A stretch of DNA of 63,630 nt, counting the filler, from Intoshia linei (Eukaryota; Animalia; Orthonectida): NCBI GenBank assembly GCA_001642005.1. It is 6 parts of 6 records of this genome, joined end to end, with 100 filler letters (N's around TTAATTAATTAA, not from the genome) between each part and the next. Parts side by side here need not be neighbours in the genome. Positions count along the whole stretch, not along the records: positions 11,329 to 26,080 come from LWCA01000954.1; positions 26,181 to 36,431 come from LWCA01001291.1; positions 36,532 to 54,617 come from LWCA01000785.1; 3 more parts are not named here. The stretch is one strand, 5' to 3'. Under the pieces are notes generated by a model. It was given only the letters and a program-made list of their open reading frames with translations. It was not told the origin of the DNA and ran no database searches. Each line of letters begins with the position of its first letter. The stretch's first letter is position 1. Shown piece by piece: positions 24,710 through 38,367 of the stretch. The translations under genes were made by a program, and so were the position numbers.

Positions 24710-26465
24710 CAATATGGTTCGTATAACAGTTTGTATATTATAATTGTTTGTATTTTATTAAAATGTTTATCTTATTTTAATTCCTTAATTAATTAATTAA
24801 AATGACTATTATAATAGACGGAATACAACAAAAATAAGTGTTATCAGTGTATTATATAATGTATACGATATAGTTCTACATAGACACACTCAGGGTCATA
24901 GAGAACTTGAAAATTAAAAATAACGGTTTAAAATCTCATTGATCATGATAATGTTGACATGTCGAAAATTTCAAATTGTACCATCCGAAAAATTCAGTAT
25001 ATTCTTCCCTAGAGCTAGAGATGATTACGCCATTATATCAATTAATTCATAATTAACTAAATTTTAAAAATAAGTTTACTGCGCAATAAAAAATAGTACG
25101 ATTCATCAAAGTTTCATTATTTTTGAATTATTGAATTAGCACAGTTGTATTTTTAGTCGAATTTTAGAAATTGATAAAATACATGACCTTGTAGTATGAT
25201 AATATCATATACATCACATCTATAATATTTTTTTATAATGATAAAAAATCTGGTCACTTTTCACTTTAAAAATCACTCATTTTATTATGCTTATTGTTTA
25301 TTATTTCTATATTTTTAATTTTATTAATTGTATCATTGACTAGTTAGTTGTCAATATACTTGAATGATGCTATCTTTCGTAGGTATTATACTCTGTGTAT
25401 TGCAGGCTCAGAACCTCATTTGTTAAAGCAACTTGAAAAGGTGGTACCGACAAATATAAATGTTTTTTTAAAAAATATGTGCAATATTTGCTTCTTTCAT
25501 TGGGTAATTAAAGTTTTGACTATTTCTCTATAAGTTCTGAGATTGAAATTTATTTAAATTTCTGCCCGGAAAAGTCTGACTTGGAATGTGAGTTTTTAAA
25601 TTTCTAGGACTCTTAATTATTGAAAAAACGGTAACAGACAGACATTCAATTTTATATAAGTAAGGACTATTATACATAATTTCACTTGGCTTGCTTTTTC
25701 AGTGGTGAGCAGTGTTATAGTACACATAGTGTACTACACTTGAGTCAATAAGAAAGTTCTTGTCAGATATAATAAATTTAGGTTTACATACACATGAGTT
25801 TTTGTAAATTTTGTATAAAAAATAATATACTTTTTTATCAATTCATAGTAATTTTTAACGCAATCTGAAACGAATGAGTACTATTTATACAGGGGTCGGC
25901 AACCTTTTGCATCTTGTGGGAAACGTTTTTATATCAAAAAATTTATACATGATACTTTTTTATTTTAACTGAAGAGAAACTGTTCTAGTATATTCAACGA
26001 AATAAAATCTAGGGCGATTTTAAAAATTCAATATATATTATATATTTTAATATATTAAGACTACTATAATGAACCAATTANNNNNNNNNNNNNNNNNNNN
26101 NNNNNNNNNNNNNNNNNNNNNNNNTTAATTAATTAANNNNNNNNNNNNNNNNNNNNNNNNNNNNNNNNNNNNNNNNNNNNTATATATATATGAATAATAA
26201 TAAAATCAAATAGTTTTGAAGATCTTTATATTATTGATTAGTTAAATTTTGTAATTTTATATTTTAAGTTTTATATAAAAGAAGTATACAGCAGTTATTA
26301 GTTTATACACATAATATAACTTTCTACCAACATTACTAACTACCAATTTTCATGTTGTTAGTTTGGGCTAAAAATTTTTAGAATTCCGGATAAATTGAAT
26401 TGTTTTAATTTTAATTCATTATTTACCCATACCATAATACTTGTTGCGATTAACTAAAAACTTAC

Positions 26466-29400
26466 AGAAGAGTATTTCCATCCGTCGTTTATCTAATTGA
26501 ATAACAAGTTATATTAAAATTCTAGTCTGACCGTTATGCCTTTTGTAACAAGTAGTTATCTGATCCGAAGGCGGACTTTTTCAATATGTAAATATCATTT
26601 AATAAAAATCTAACATTTACAATTATCAACGATGATTTTACAGATCATTTGAGATAAGATAACAGTTAATCTAGAGAAATATTTCTAACGACAGAAGCGT
26701 ATTCCTGGTCAAAAATATCTTTTAAATCAAACAATATTTTTCAACAAATCTAATTAAACTAAAACTACTGAATTAAATCATTCACTGAAGTTAAATTGAA
26801 TGTCTGTGTTACTTTTTTTAAAAAATGAACGGTTCAGTTTTTATTTAAAAAAATTCTGTTTAAAAATTAAAAGTCGACCCGCGGAAGAACTATCTGCTTT
26901 TGATACGTGCATATAACAGCCACACTAGTTAAAATAAACTCTTAAACCTTTGTTAAAAGTAATTTAAGTTGTAATAATAATCAAGTGGTAAAAAAATTTA
27001 ATATGAACATATGATTACATATATAATAAAAATAGATAAAATTATACTATTACATATCAAGAAATTATATTCAAATTATTAATACTTTACATTACCTCAA
27101 CTTTTAATTTAGTGATAAATTACGAGATGAAAGGTAAATTAAGTTGGTAATATAAAATTACGATTTAAGAATTAAGATTTAATTACATATATGTATACTA
27201 GGGTGTCACATTTCTTTGAAAATTTTAGAATTCGATGCGCAATGGTAAAAGTGTGTATTTTTAAAATAGAAAAACTAATTCGCAATCAAAAACATTTAAC
27301 GCTATGTATTCAAGTTGCGTTGGTCCTTTTTAATATCATATTAAAAATATTATGGAGAAATTAAAATTGAACTTTATTTTAACGGGAATTGGCGTTTGAG
27401 CTGTTAAACGTGGTACCGACTTTTTAATATTGTTCTTTATGTTTAGTTATACTGTTTATTTTTTTCAATTTGTTTCTAGCTGAATTTTTTTAGTTTTCCA
27501 TATTTCAATATAGTGACCACCCCAGTGTAACTGTAGTATAAGTATATTAAAAATATACTTGACTATGACACCATTCATTATGTAGATATTCAGATATTAT
27601 ATTTGCTAGTATGATTAAATTTTTGTTTAGATCAATGTGGTCTGTAATCAAATAAATATATTTTTCTTTATCCTCATTTTTTTTGTGCATTGGTTTTTGA
27701 TCAATATCGTATTTATTCAAAGTATCCATACTTATGTTAATTTTACCATTGTGTCTAAATAAATATACGATACATCATGAAATTGATAAATAAATCCATC
27801 ATTTTAATATAATTATAATCTTCTAAATATATTTATTTTGTAATATTCGTAAATTCTGCAGTTGTTCAGTCTTAATTTGGGTTTATAGGTAATTTGATTA
27901 TATTAGGGACTAATTATATCATTAAAACATGTAATTTAAAAGTATTTTACGTTTAACTTATCGCTCAATGCAGCAATATTTTTTAATTAAATAAAGGGTC
28001 CATCATTCTAATTCAGTCCTGAAATAACATTTATTCATTTTAGTCCTTTATTTACATAAAATTAAATGTCAATGTGTGTTTGTTTGTGTTTGTCTGTATG
28101 TGTATGTCAATGTGTGTTACCGTGTATTTAAAAAATTGACAGTTGTAGAATTTAGAAAGCCTAATTTTTCATACAATTTTATCTTATTTATCATACAGTC
28201 ATTAGTCAGATCTAAGACAAAATTTCAACCCAAAAATCTACACATTCCCGATGAAAATTAAAAATGAAATTGTAAATATTTATCCTACAATTTCAAAAAT
28301 TTGTTATTATTATTTTTATACTTATTACAATGTTGGTAAAATTCACCCATAATATATATTTAAAGTGATTATACTGTTAATTATTGATACAAATTCACAT
28401 TTTGTACTCATTAAAGCAGATACTGAATATACACCTACACAGAAAATACCGGTATATTTACAATTATATTTTTATTGGAATTTAACTACTTTTATTTTTC
28501 GAAAATTTTTCGGATTGTACTGTTTTGATTTTATTTGAACAACATTCAATGAAAACATGACCATATCAAATGCAAACATGACTATGTCAATACGAAACAT
28601 ATGATTTAAAAATAAATTACAATTCAACAAATCCATATTTTAACAGTTTTGAACATTGTTTACTAATAGTAAATCCAGCGTAAAAAATTAGTCTAAATTA
28701 ATAATTATAATACAATGTTCATGTCTAATTAGGGTTATTCAAACGACGCAACTACATTGTTAAAAAATTTATTGCGTTGTTTAATTTAATATTCTGCAAT
28801 GATAATTTAATTTTGACATTTGTATTACGCAGATATATTTTATATAACCCATAATTACATAATGATATATTATTATTGTTATTAATATTATATTTATTGG
28901 GAAAGTTGATATTAAGTTGTTCTTAAAATTTAACCACACATGATTTCGTTATATGCAATCATTATTATTAACCATTTTGCTTAATTAACAATAAATTAAA
29001 AAATGTTGGGTTTCCATATAATTATTTTCTGCACACCCTGTGAGAACAATTACGCTACTTTTAATTTATAGTTCAGCTAAAGAAATTTGAAATAATATGT
29101 TCAATCAATTTTGGTTTATTTAACTATGTCTAAACTATTTATTAGCTAGCTTTTTAGCCTAAAAAACACAATGAATATTTTTTTGTATCAATTTCAATAA
29201 TTTTATTTGGGAGAAAGTAAATATAAACCAATTAAAAATTTTATATCAATAATAATAATATTTAATAATTGTGATAATTATAAAGTTTTAAAATAGAAAA
29301 AGGCATCGACGTCCAAAATGGTTTTTTCTAATAAAGGAAAAAACCATTATTGTCCCTATATTAGGGTGGATACAATTTCAATATGAATTTCTTATGGTCC

Positions 29401-32400
29401 ATTAGCCAGAAAGTTTCGTTATAAGTTAACTTAAAATACAAAATTTTAATTTAAAATTTGAAAACTCTACGAGGGTGCTCAAAGATACTGAATTTTTGCA
29501 TTTCAATGATAACTTCAAAGTGTTTTATAACCATTAACCAATGTTTACAACTATTTGTAGTCATCCCTCCACTTTCAACCTATAGTATCAACATATTGAA
29601 TATCAATCATTCCAGAGTTGTTATTATATAGTAAAGAATAATTATCTTGTATATTCTTAACAAAATGATATGGAATATATGGCGACACAGTTATCACATC
29701 AAATATTTGATTTAGCAAATGTTTCAAAATCAAATCGTGAACCAGGAGAAAAGGGAACCAACATCGTTCGTATTTTATACTCCCATTCTTAATTTTTGCA
29801 GAAACTACATTAATACGTCCAGTATTTGTTGCAGTAGTATCACATACTATTAATTTAATTCTCGGTAAGATATCATATTTATCCTATCATATATATTTAT
29901 TTAAGAAGGGCCTATCAGACAATGTAAAAACATCTAATTATTATCTAAACATTTATAATCAAATTGTATCCACCCTAATGGTCACACAATATCATATATA
30001 ATGATTTAAATAGTAATTTAATACTTGATTAAATTTTTTGACAAATTAAAGTGATAGTTTTTATGTTCTTTTTCTGTATCCAGATATGAAATCAACGATG
30101 GATGTTTTTTTTCTTGTTCGTTCATCTATTAAATGATATTAAATGATATTAACATCATCGTTAAAATATGAAATAAAATATATGACTAATTGATGATAGC
30201 ACTTACTAACACTAAAAAACAAGCCATGAGTTTCAGTGTTCAATTTAGTGGTATATGAAAATTATCGTATATTTTTTTGATAGTGATGTTTTAATGAAAA
30301 TTTTATTTTCTCAAATTGAGTTATATAAGTTCTTAGTTATCAAATTAATGATTTACCAAGAAATAAGTCAATTTTACAATACGCAAATTTAAGAGTCTTT
30401 TTTTTAATTAAATTGAAAATGTTGAAAAATAAAAAATACATAATACCACAAGACCACAGGAAATTAAGGAATCCATATAATATTTTTTCTTGAGTTCAAG
30501 TTAAATTCAATTTTCTTTTCTTTCAGGGTCAGATATGCAATTCCCTTTTTTTTAAAAATAAAATCTACCCTACAATTTTTTAAAAGATATATTCTGGGAT
30601 GCGTTTTAACATCAACAACATGTCGTAAATATCAAATTCATTAACTCATAGATAATTTCAAAGTACTGTTAAGAAATTCTTGCTCACAATTCAGAAGACT
30701 TTCTTACGATGTAATTCATAATATTCTTCAAAAAAACATTGTTTGTAGTGTAATTTATTATTTTGAAATATGCAGATCAAATATTTTTAGAAAATTATAA
30801 AGTTTACTTAAAATATAATTACCTTTCCGTATCTCCAACCTTGTTCAATTTTATTGATAACCCAAAAATTATGCAAATCTATTGCCAAATCTTGTACAAG
30901 TTTGTTTATATTTTCTGAAAGAGAATACTAAACATTATATAACATTACGAACAGAAAACAATACTATTTTAATTGAAATATTATAATATTAATATATAAA
31001 ATATTGATAAAAATTATTAATATTACATTGTTCAAGTCAAAATTTTGTATGATTGTGTGAGAATTTTGTGAAAATCTAGCTATATTTTCTATAGTTATGT
31101 ATTTAGAAAATTTAATTTCGTTGTTCAAAAGAAGAACACTATCCAATTCTATTATTGAAGATATATCATTTAATGCCAAATAAGATAAATCTTTATTTTT
31201 TGTGTTTATATTGTGATAATTTATAGTAAACCTAAATATTTAGATACAGATATTTATAACTGATTAATCACAAGTTAAAAGACACAAAAAACCTTCAAGT
31301 ATAATTATTAAGAGAAAAAATTGAGTAAAAAGTAAAATAATAAAATAAATGAATAATCTAAAAATATGACTGATTGTTCATTTAGTTGTAAACGTTTATT
31401 TAAATACTGAATGTGCCTTAAATTTAATAGAACAGTTGTCAGGATGTATATTACTTATGTTCGATGCAAGTGGATAATTAAGTAGCCTTTACATTAACAT
31501 TAATGTAAATATATTATTTTTAATTTAAAGTGGAAATTTAACTTGATTTATATATATGAATTGATAAAAACCAAGCAATGATTCCATTATATGATATTAA
31601 TTTACTTGACATTATCAGAATATGAAATAAAAGGTGCCAGTCTGGTCCAATTACATAATTGATTAATATAAAAATCTTCAATTATACATCCATCAATTGA
31701 AAATTTGATAATTTTATTGTCCAAGTTCAAGTACACTCCAATGGTTGAATTATTATGTAGTTCTTTTATATCTTTTATTTGAATGGAATTACCACCTATC
31801 AAAAAGGTTATTACTCATAATAAAAATATAATTCTTACGGATAAAAGTAAAACTTAATAATACCCTTCACGTTGAAATTTTTGTATTTAGCTGACGAGAT
31901 GATGGAAGAATTATCAAAGCCGTAGGGTTACTTTATCTTATGGTTCGAGTAAAAATGTGTAGAGCAAAAAATTTTAAACCAAAAAGTGCATTAGCAGTGT
32001 ACATATATATAACTTAGTAAGTTGACTAAGTAATATAACTAAGTTGACTGTTATGTACTACATACAAACAGAACCTAGCTCTGTCGAGGCACTTTTTTAT
32101 TATACCAAAAAAAATTCATGTTGAAAATTTAATTTAAAAATCCTACTATTCACTATTATCAATCATTTAAAGGAGTGGTTATTAAACTTGTATCAGGTGG
32201 AACCGTCATATCACATTACTTTTTACTTTAAAGTAAATTATTCCATCTTAATGTTTTTTTGTTAACACTTTGTTAACAGTTTTTTTAAATTCATAATAAT
32301 AAATAGTAGCATTTTTAGATTAACTTTTGTTATTGAATTTATTTTTCTGGTAGAATAAAATGTCCGCCCTCGGCAGAGCTAGGATGCTCTTTGTACAAAG

Positions 32401-33810
32401 TAATTAACAGTCAAGCTAGTAAATTATATTATTTTTACATATTCTCAGTAAACTACGATTTACTATTACTATGTTATATATTTAAATACATAATATGTAC
32501 ATAAAATATATAATAGTATCACTGACTCGTACCAGTTCACGGAGTTACCATCAGTCTTAACTATAAGGTTCCTACGCTTAGGATCGCCGATTTTTTTATA
32601 TACATCGCTATAATATCTGCAGCACTAAGATTTTTTCCACTGAGAACTGGAAAATTTTACAGGGTGCACTTGATACTATAACCAAATGGTTTAATAAAGT
32701 TTCTGTTATTTATTGAAAAACAATTAAAATAATTTTAAAATTAAGAAAGATTGTAATGTTTTTAGAGTTAGAAAATTTCAACCACATCACTTTGCTCAAA
32801 ACAAACAGTTCTATTCAACCCAAGTACTAATTTGTTAGTTTTAATGGGTTATTGTGTATATTATTGCATAATGCATGTAGTGATATAATCACTATGACAA
32901 GTGAACTTTATATATAAATCATAATTTAAATAATAAATTCTTAGAACTCTAACTTGTACAATCTTCCAGATTCGTTCGTACTTATCGTAACAATGCAAAA
33001 CTAATAACAATACAGTTTTAATTTTTTTAATAAGGTTAAATTATTTTCAATTAATTTAAAGTAAAAAGTAATGTGATATGATGATTTCACCTGAAACAAA
33101 TTTGAAAATCACTCCTTTAAAGGATTGATAATAGTGAATGTAGTAAACATATATTCACTATAAATGGTATCCATATATTATTTAATTATTTGTTTTATCG
33201 TCTTGAATTAAAATTATTAAATCATTTTTACACGTACATTTTTTTACAGTGAATAGTAGAATTTTTAAGTTAGATTAACAACATGAATTTATTTTTTTAT
33301 AAAAATGTGCACTAGGCAGAGCTAGGTGCTTTTTGTACGTAGTACATAACAGTCAAGCTAGTACAGGTATATTTAAATTACAAATAAATTTTTTATTTGA
33401 TTCATGTTTTTTAAGTTGTAAAAATAATTATATTGTTTCTACAATGATGCAATTATTGTCTAATAAATTAAAAAATTGACCCTTCGCAGAGCTAACTGTT
33501 GATGTATTGAATATATAAAAGTCAATTTAGTATTAATATAATTCAAGATTTATAAATAATACCTATCCAAATATTATTTCCATCAAATCCACAAGAATAA
33601 AAACTGTCACCTATTGCCAAGTCATTATTATTTGAACCGCTATAATAATGCGGAATAAAATGTTCTTCGCTAGCCCAACCGACACGAAAAAAGAATCCAT
33701 CCTTGCTGTTACAATTTTTAGTCTTTACTATCTCATTTATCCGTACTTCATAATATATTTTTCTGTAGCAACTCGATTTCAATATGTTCAATAATGCAAT
33801 GTTTATCTTT
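26466..33810 (-). CDS. RYR: Ryanodine receptor, divergent N-terminal portion (SPRY1 + RyR repeats 1-2), partial
   Basis: Exons occur in RyR order: YYEVRIN..FRVGWASEEHFIP..IGDSFYSCGFDGNNIWIG; IGVYLNLDNKIIKFSIDG..APFISYSDNVK; LVQDLAIDLHNFWVINKIEQGWRYGK; EKKHPSLISY..KNYHFNLSKNLIK; IISEYLHNEWCHSQ; INDGWKYSS. More 5' exons probably lie further right (up to about 47 kb) but are not resolved. Confidence 0.88.
29360..29979 (-). mobile_element. Deleted DNA transposon with TAGGGTG termini (hATm-like)
   Basis: Perfect 19-bp TIR ATTAGGGTGGATACAATTT. The internal minus-strand frame has CDTTATNTG, HDLILKH and WRDDYK transposase-like motifs with stops. Confidence 0.75.
32038..33361. mobile_element. Cluster of Helitron 3'-end fragments in both orientations
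   Basis: Minus-strand end at about 32038-32280. Plus-strand ends terminate ACAGTCAAGCTAG|T at 32419 and 33361. 33050-33140 is the reverse complement of 32150-32240. Confidence 0.75.
32525..32700 (+). mobile_element. Possible non-LTR (LINE) reverse-transcriptase relic
   Basis: Decayed GV..GS.LG...F.IYI-like stretch followed by ILQGALDTITKWFNK. Confidence 0.3.
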
Positions 33811-35267
33811 TTTCTATATTAATAAATAAATATAATTAATATACTATACTAGTGTGGCCATAAATACGTATTTTTGATAATCTACGCATTTTCCACTTTG
33901 CGAAATACATAGAAATGACATATATTTGTTATAAATGTATAATTTACTCACTTCAGATCTTGTTTTATCATAAAACAATTATTTTTATTAATGTAATTGT
34001 CTATGTCTAATGTCTATGTCTCATTAATTATAGTGAAAATTATTATGGTTTAATTATCTACAAATAAGATAATCATCTAATGTATAAATCTATCAAAATT
34101 TATATTTTAAATTTTTGGGTACTAACATAAATACTACCACAACTACTAGTTACCTGCAGTGTTGCCATAAAATAATCTACAAATATCGCAAATCAGTTTA
34201 TTCTATCAAAATGATCACTAATACGCAGTTGATTGTTATTTATTAATTAATCAACTATTTATTTTGGGATAGTATTAAAATTTTATAACAACAATCATAT
34301 AATATGTATTTACGTATAATATGCAAAAATAATGCGGATTCTTCAAAAATTATAAAAAAAATGACTTAATGTTCTTTGACTACAATATAAATAAACAGTT
34401 ATTTTTAATTAACTTTTTGGAATAATGACTAAATTATTGAGTAATAATATTTTCATACGTGTATATAGTATTCGCAAATTCAATTTTCGGAAAGATTAGA
34501 TGATTTATTATACATTTATTGATGTAATATTGATTTGTTCTATATATAACATGTTTTTTAATACACATTCTTTTCAATATTTCAAATATCTAAATTCACA
34601 AAAAGTTAACCTGTTAACTGATTATCAAATTTTCGATGTGAACACTTATATTCAGTTTATTTTGATACATTAAGAATTTGATTATAATAATAAATATATA
34701 TATATGTATAAATTATATAGTAATAACATATTTATATGTTACAATTCAATTTCAAGATTGTTGCTATGTTCCATATTTAAATTATTATAAATTTTAAAAA
34801 CAGTTCACAGGTTAATATACATAACAAATGACTACTTAGAAATGAATCATCGACAAATTAGTACCAAACGTATATGCACCAATGCTTTGGTTCTGTACAA
34901 ATCGTATATATTAGATTTGAATGATACAATAATATTTATAATTGCTGAAAAGTTTTTGAAGTATGATAAAAACTAATCTTCCCAGAATTTTAAAAAAATA
35001 GTTATTTACAATTAAAATTTAAATTCCACAAAGACGGCATTGTAGGTCCAGAAAGCAATTTTATTATTCAAACTTTTTTATTTGGAAAATACAATATTAT
35101 TATGAAAGATTGAATTACTTACAGTTAGGGTATTTATTTTACACTTTTCTCATACTAAACAAAACCCCACTCACTGTTAATAAAAAAATTATTCTTGTCA
35201 AATGGTTGATTTCTATATCAGTGAGGAAGTCGTCTTATCATTTCTATAGATTGTTAAATGTTAAAAT

Positions 35268-36431
35268 AGTAATGTTTCTGAAATAATATTTATTAAGATT
35301 ACAATCTATAAATAATTTAATTTAATATTATCAGTTTTACTTAAAGTCTTGTTTATATTCCTAGAATGTAATAATAAAATTATAGTTTAGTGTAGTTAGT
35401 GCTACTCCTCCCTCTTAGGATTTTTAAAAGTCATCACATAATCTTTTAAAAATGATGGTTTAGTAATTTTACGATAGGGACGTTGAGTTTTTGATTTGAT
35501 AGGATTTGTTTTTGTATAATATTTTGTGTTATGTGAAGTTAAATTGGGTACAGATTTATCATAATTTTTTTTATCCTTGTATTATATTTTTTTATTTTGT
35601 TTTTTATATAGTTGAAATTTAAAATGTTAAGGCTTTTTAGTGATACCTTCATAGTTTTTCTATATAACATTTCATATGGAGATTTTCCTGTTTTTATGTT
35701 AGGTGTTTTCCTCAAAGTGAATAAAATCATTTCNTTATATAGTTGAAATTTAAAATTTTAAGGCTTTTTAATGGTACCTTCATAGTTTTTCTATATAACA
35801 TTTCATATTGAGATTTTCTTGTTTTTATGTTACGAGTTTTCCTCAAAGTGAATAAAATCATTTCGATTTGATCGTTCCAATTTTCATTAGAGTCGATATC
35901 TATTATTCTCAATTTATCTCTTAATGTTCTATTGAGCCTTTCTACTAATCCGATACTTTGGTGATTATAAGTTTTGCACGACGTTTTTTTATATTAGATT
36001 GTCGACATATTTCTTTCACTAGTTCTGATTCAAACTGGGTTCCATTGTCAGTGTGCAACTGATTGGGTACTCCATGTCTGGCTATAATATTATTTACTAT
36101 AGCCATTGATATAGTCTCTNNNNNNNNNNNNNNNNNNNNNTGTCGACATATTTCTTTCACTAGTTCTGATTCGAACTGGGTTCCATTGTCAGTGTGCAAC
36201 TGATTAGGTACTCCATGTCTGGCTATAATATTATTTACTATAGCCATTGATATAGTCTCTTTGGTAATATCAGTTATTGGGATTGCTTCAGGCCATGAAG
36301 TGAAATGATCAACCATGGTTAATATAAAACGATGGCCGTTACTACTTATATATAAAGGTCCTAATATATCACATTCCCATAATTCATTGAATTCAGTTGT
36401 GTTTATTTAATTCAGTGGATATTTATGATGT
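35268..36431 (-). mobile_element. Gypsy-like LTR retrotransposon 3' part (integrase core, PPT, 139-bp LTR)
   Basis: Integrase motifs DILGPL, MVDHFTSWPEAIP, IIARHGVPNQLHTDNGTQFES, TGKSPYEMLY. Polypurine tract AAGAGGGAGG then LTR 35268-35406. Frameshifted and deleted. Confidence 0.9.
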
Positions 36432-36531
36432 NNNNNNNNNNNNNNNNNNNNNNNNNNNNNNNNNNNNNNNNNNNNTTAATTAATTAANNNNNNNNNNNNN
36501 NNNNNNNNNNNNNNNNNNNNNNNNNNNNNNN

Positions 36532-36833
36532 AAAAAAATTATGATAAATCTGTACCCAATTTAACTTCACATAACACAAAATATTATACAAAAACAAATC
36601 CTATCAAATCAAAAACTCAACGTCCCTATCATAAAATTACTAAACCATCCTTTTTAAAAGATTATGTGATGACTTAAAAATCCTAAGAGGGAGGAGTAGC
36701 ACTGACTACACTAAACTATAACTTTATTATTACATTCTAGGAATATAAACAAGACTTCAAGTAAAACTAATAATATTAAATTAAATAATTTATAGATTGT
36801 AATCTTAATAAATATTATCTCCGAAACATTACT
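36532..36833 (+). mobile_element. Second Gypsy 3' end (ORF tail, PPT, 139-bp LTR) in inverted orientation
   Basis: Reverse complement of 35268-35570 with scattered substitutions. ORF tail ..KPSFLKDYVMT*, PPT, LTR 36695-36833 (AGTAGC...ATTACT). Confidence 0.9.
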
Positions 36834-37458
36834 CAAACAAACAAAATCCTTGCGAAAAATTAAACCTCCTTCTTTTTTTGGTGATTACATTTTTGACAGG
36901 GAGGTGTAGTGATGTTTATTATCATCACTATGGATCATTGTTGATGTATATTTATGATGAAGTTAAAGTCATGTTTATTTTGTATTATCAACCTAATTAT
37001 AAAATTGCTTGTCTTATTGAAAGCTCTATTCATTAAACTTATTAATTATACTACAGAGACTATGAATTATATTATTTATATATTAAATTTTTTGAATAAC
37101 TACCTTAACAATTAATGGGTAACCATCAAACGTCTCATAGCGGAGGTGTAGTAAATAACCACATATCAACAAATTCATTAATCTTCTTATTAATATCACC
37201 TAGACGACCATAATTAATTGTTCAAACTCAAAACAAATATTCAAAGTGTATTAATTGATATTCAATTTCTTTAATATTGATTTACTAATCGAACTAAAAT
37301 ACTACTATTAAAAACTTTGATCTGTTAACCAAGTTTCCCACGCCTACTCTAAGCTGTCGCACACTGTATACAAAATTATTTTAAAATATTAGTTTCTCCC
37401 TCTTCTAGATACAGTTTACGGTGAAAATATTAAAAATTAATTATCATAATCAAATAAC

Positions 37459-38367
37459 CTAATATTAACGGTGCATTTGGACCAACCAGACAGGCAAAGG
37501 CGCCAGCGCCGCCCGTGGCTTTTGAAGCAGAGTTATTTTCATAAATGCAAGAATCCGTAGCTACAACAATAGCGTATTTACCTAAACATAATGAATTATT
37601 ATTAAGATTAATTAGTTTGGTCACCAGATTCTGTTATAAACACCATAAAATGTTTTGCAGCAATTACATTTTACAATTACAATTAATACAGCAGTGGTGA
37701 AAAGGTTACTCGGGCTCATATTTGTTTCTATGAAAACAATACACATAAAGAAAAAAATATTTTATTTATATACATAATTTAATAATCTTAATTTTATAGC
37801 AAATTCAACAAGAATTTTCTGGTGTAATAAAGTAAAAATACCATTCCAATGAGGTGAATGAACCCAGTCGAAAGAAGCAAATAGAGCTGCAGTACCACCA
37901 TAACATGCATGCCGAAAATCACAACCTTCAATAAAATAATTGGGAGTCCATATGTGCTGTGAATCTCCATTTTGATAATTGTAGATGGGAGAATTCGAAC
38001 AAGTGAACAGAGACATAAGTGATGATTTGATAGATTTAGATTTGTCTGTTGAGGATTCTGTGGCGACAAATATGGCTCCAATTGCCTGACCTTTATGTAT
38101 TTTTGCGTTTGTGTAATTTTCAATATCGTTTAAATCTGAACAATTCAAAGCCAAATCAACCTTTTTCATTAACGATGAAACAACAGACAAAGCCATACTA
38201 GTAGTGTCCTCAAAATTACTTAAAATGGACATTTTATTTTGACCTAATCCCAGTGTATACTTTCCTTTGGATACATTATCAAATTTTTCCATTTCTTCCA
38301 AATCTGTCTGTATGACCGGCACGTATACCTCACACGCAATTATTCCAACATCCTTTATTTGAGACAT
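37459..38367 (-). CDS. HMGCS1: Hydroxymethylglutaryl-CoA synthase, N-terminal half only (exons 38367-37842, 37581-37459)
   Basis: [33 protein letters not shown] (catalytic Glu), [11 protein letters not shown] (catalytic Cys), [26 protein letters not shown]. No C-terminal exons found. Confidence 0.9.

Noticed and set aside
24935-25010. Minus-strand EEYTEFFGWYNLKFSTCQHYHDQ* as the RyR C-terminal exon
   Set aside because: Only faint similarity to the RyR C-terminus and no adjacent pore exons. Not supportable.
35590-36260. Tandem duplications inside the integrase region (two pairs, each separated by N)
   Set aside because: Each junction contains Ns, so unmerged contig overlaps from a multicopy element are the simplest explanation.
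35268-36833. Firm call as a Ginger/TIR DNA transposon
   Set aside because: Each repeat includes a PPT and ORF tail typical of an LTR element 3' end, there is no TSD, and a gap intervenes. Kept only as an open question.
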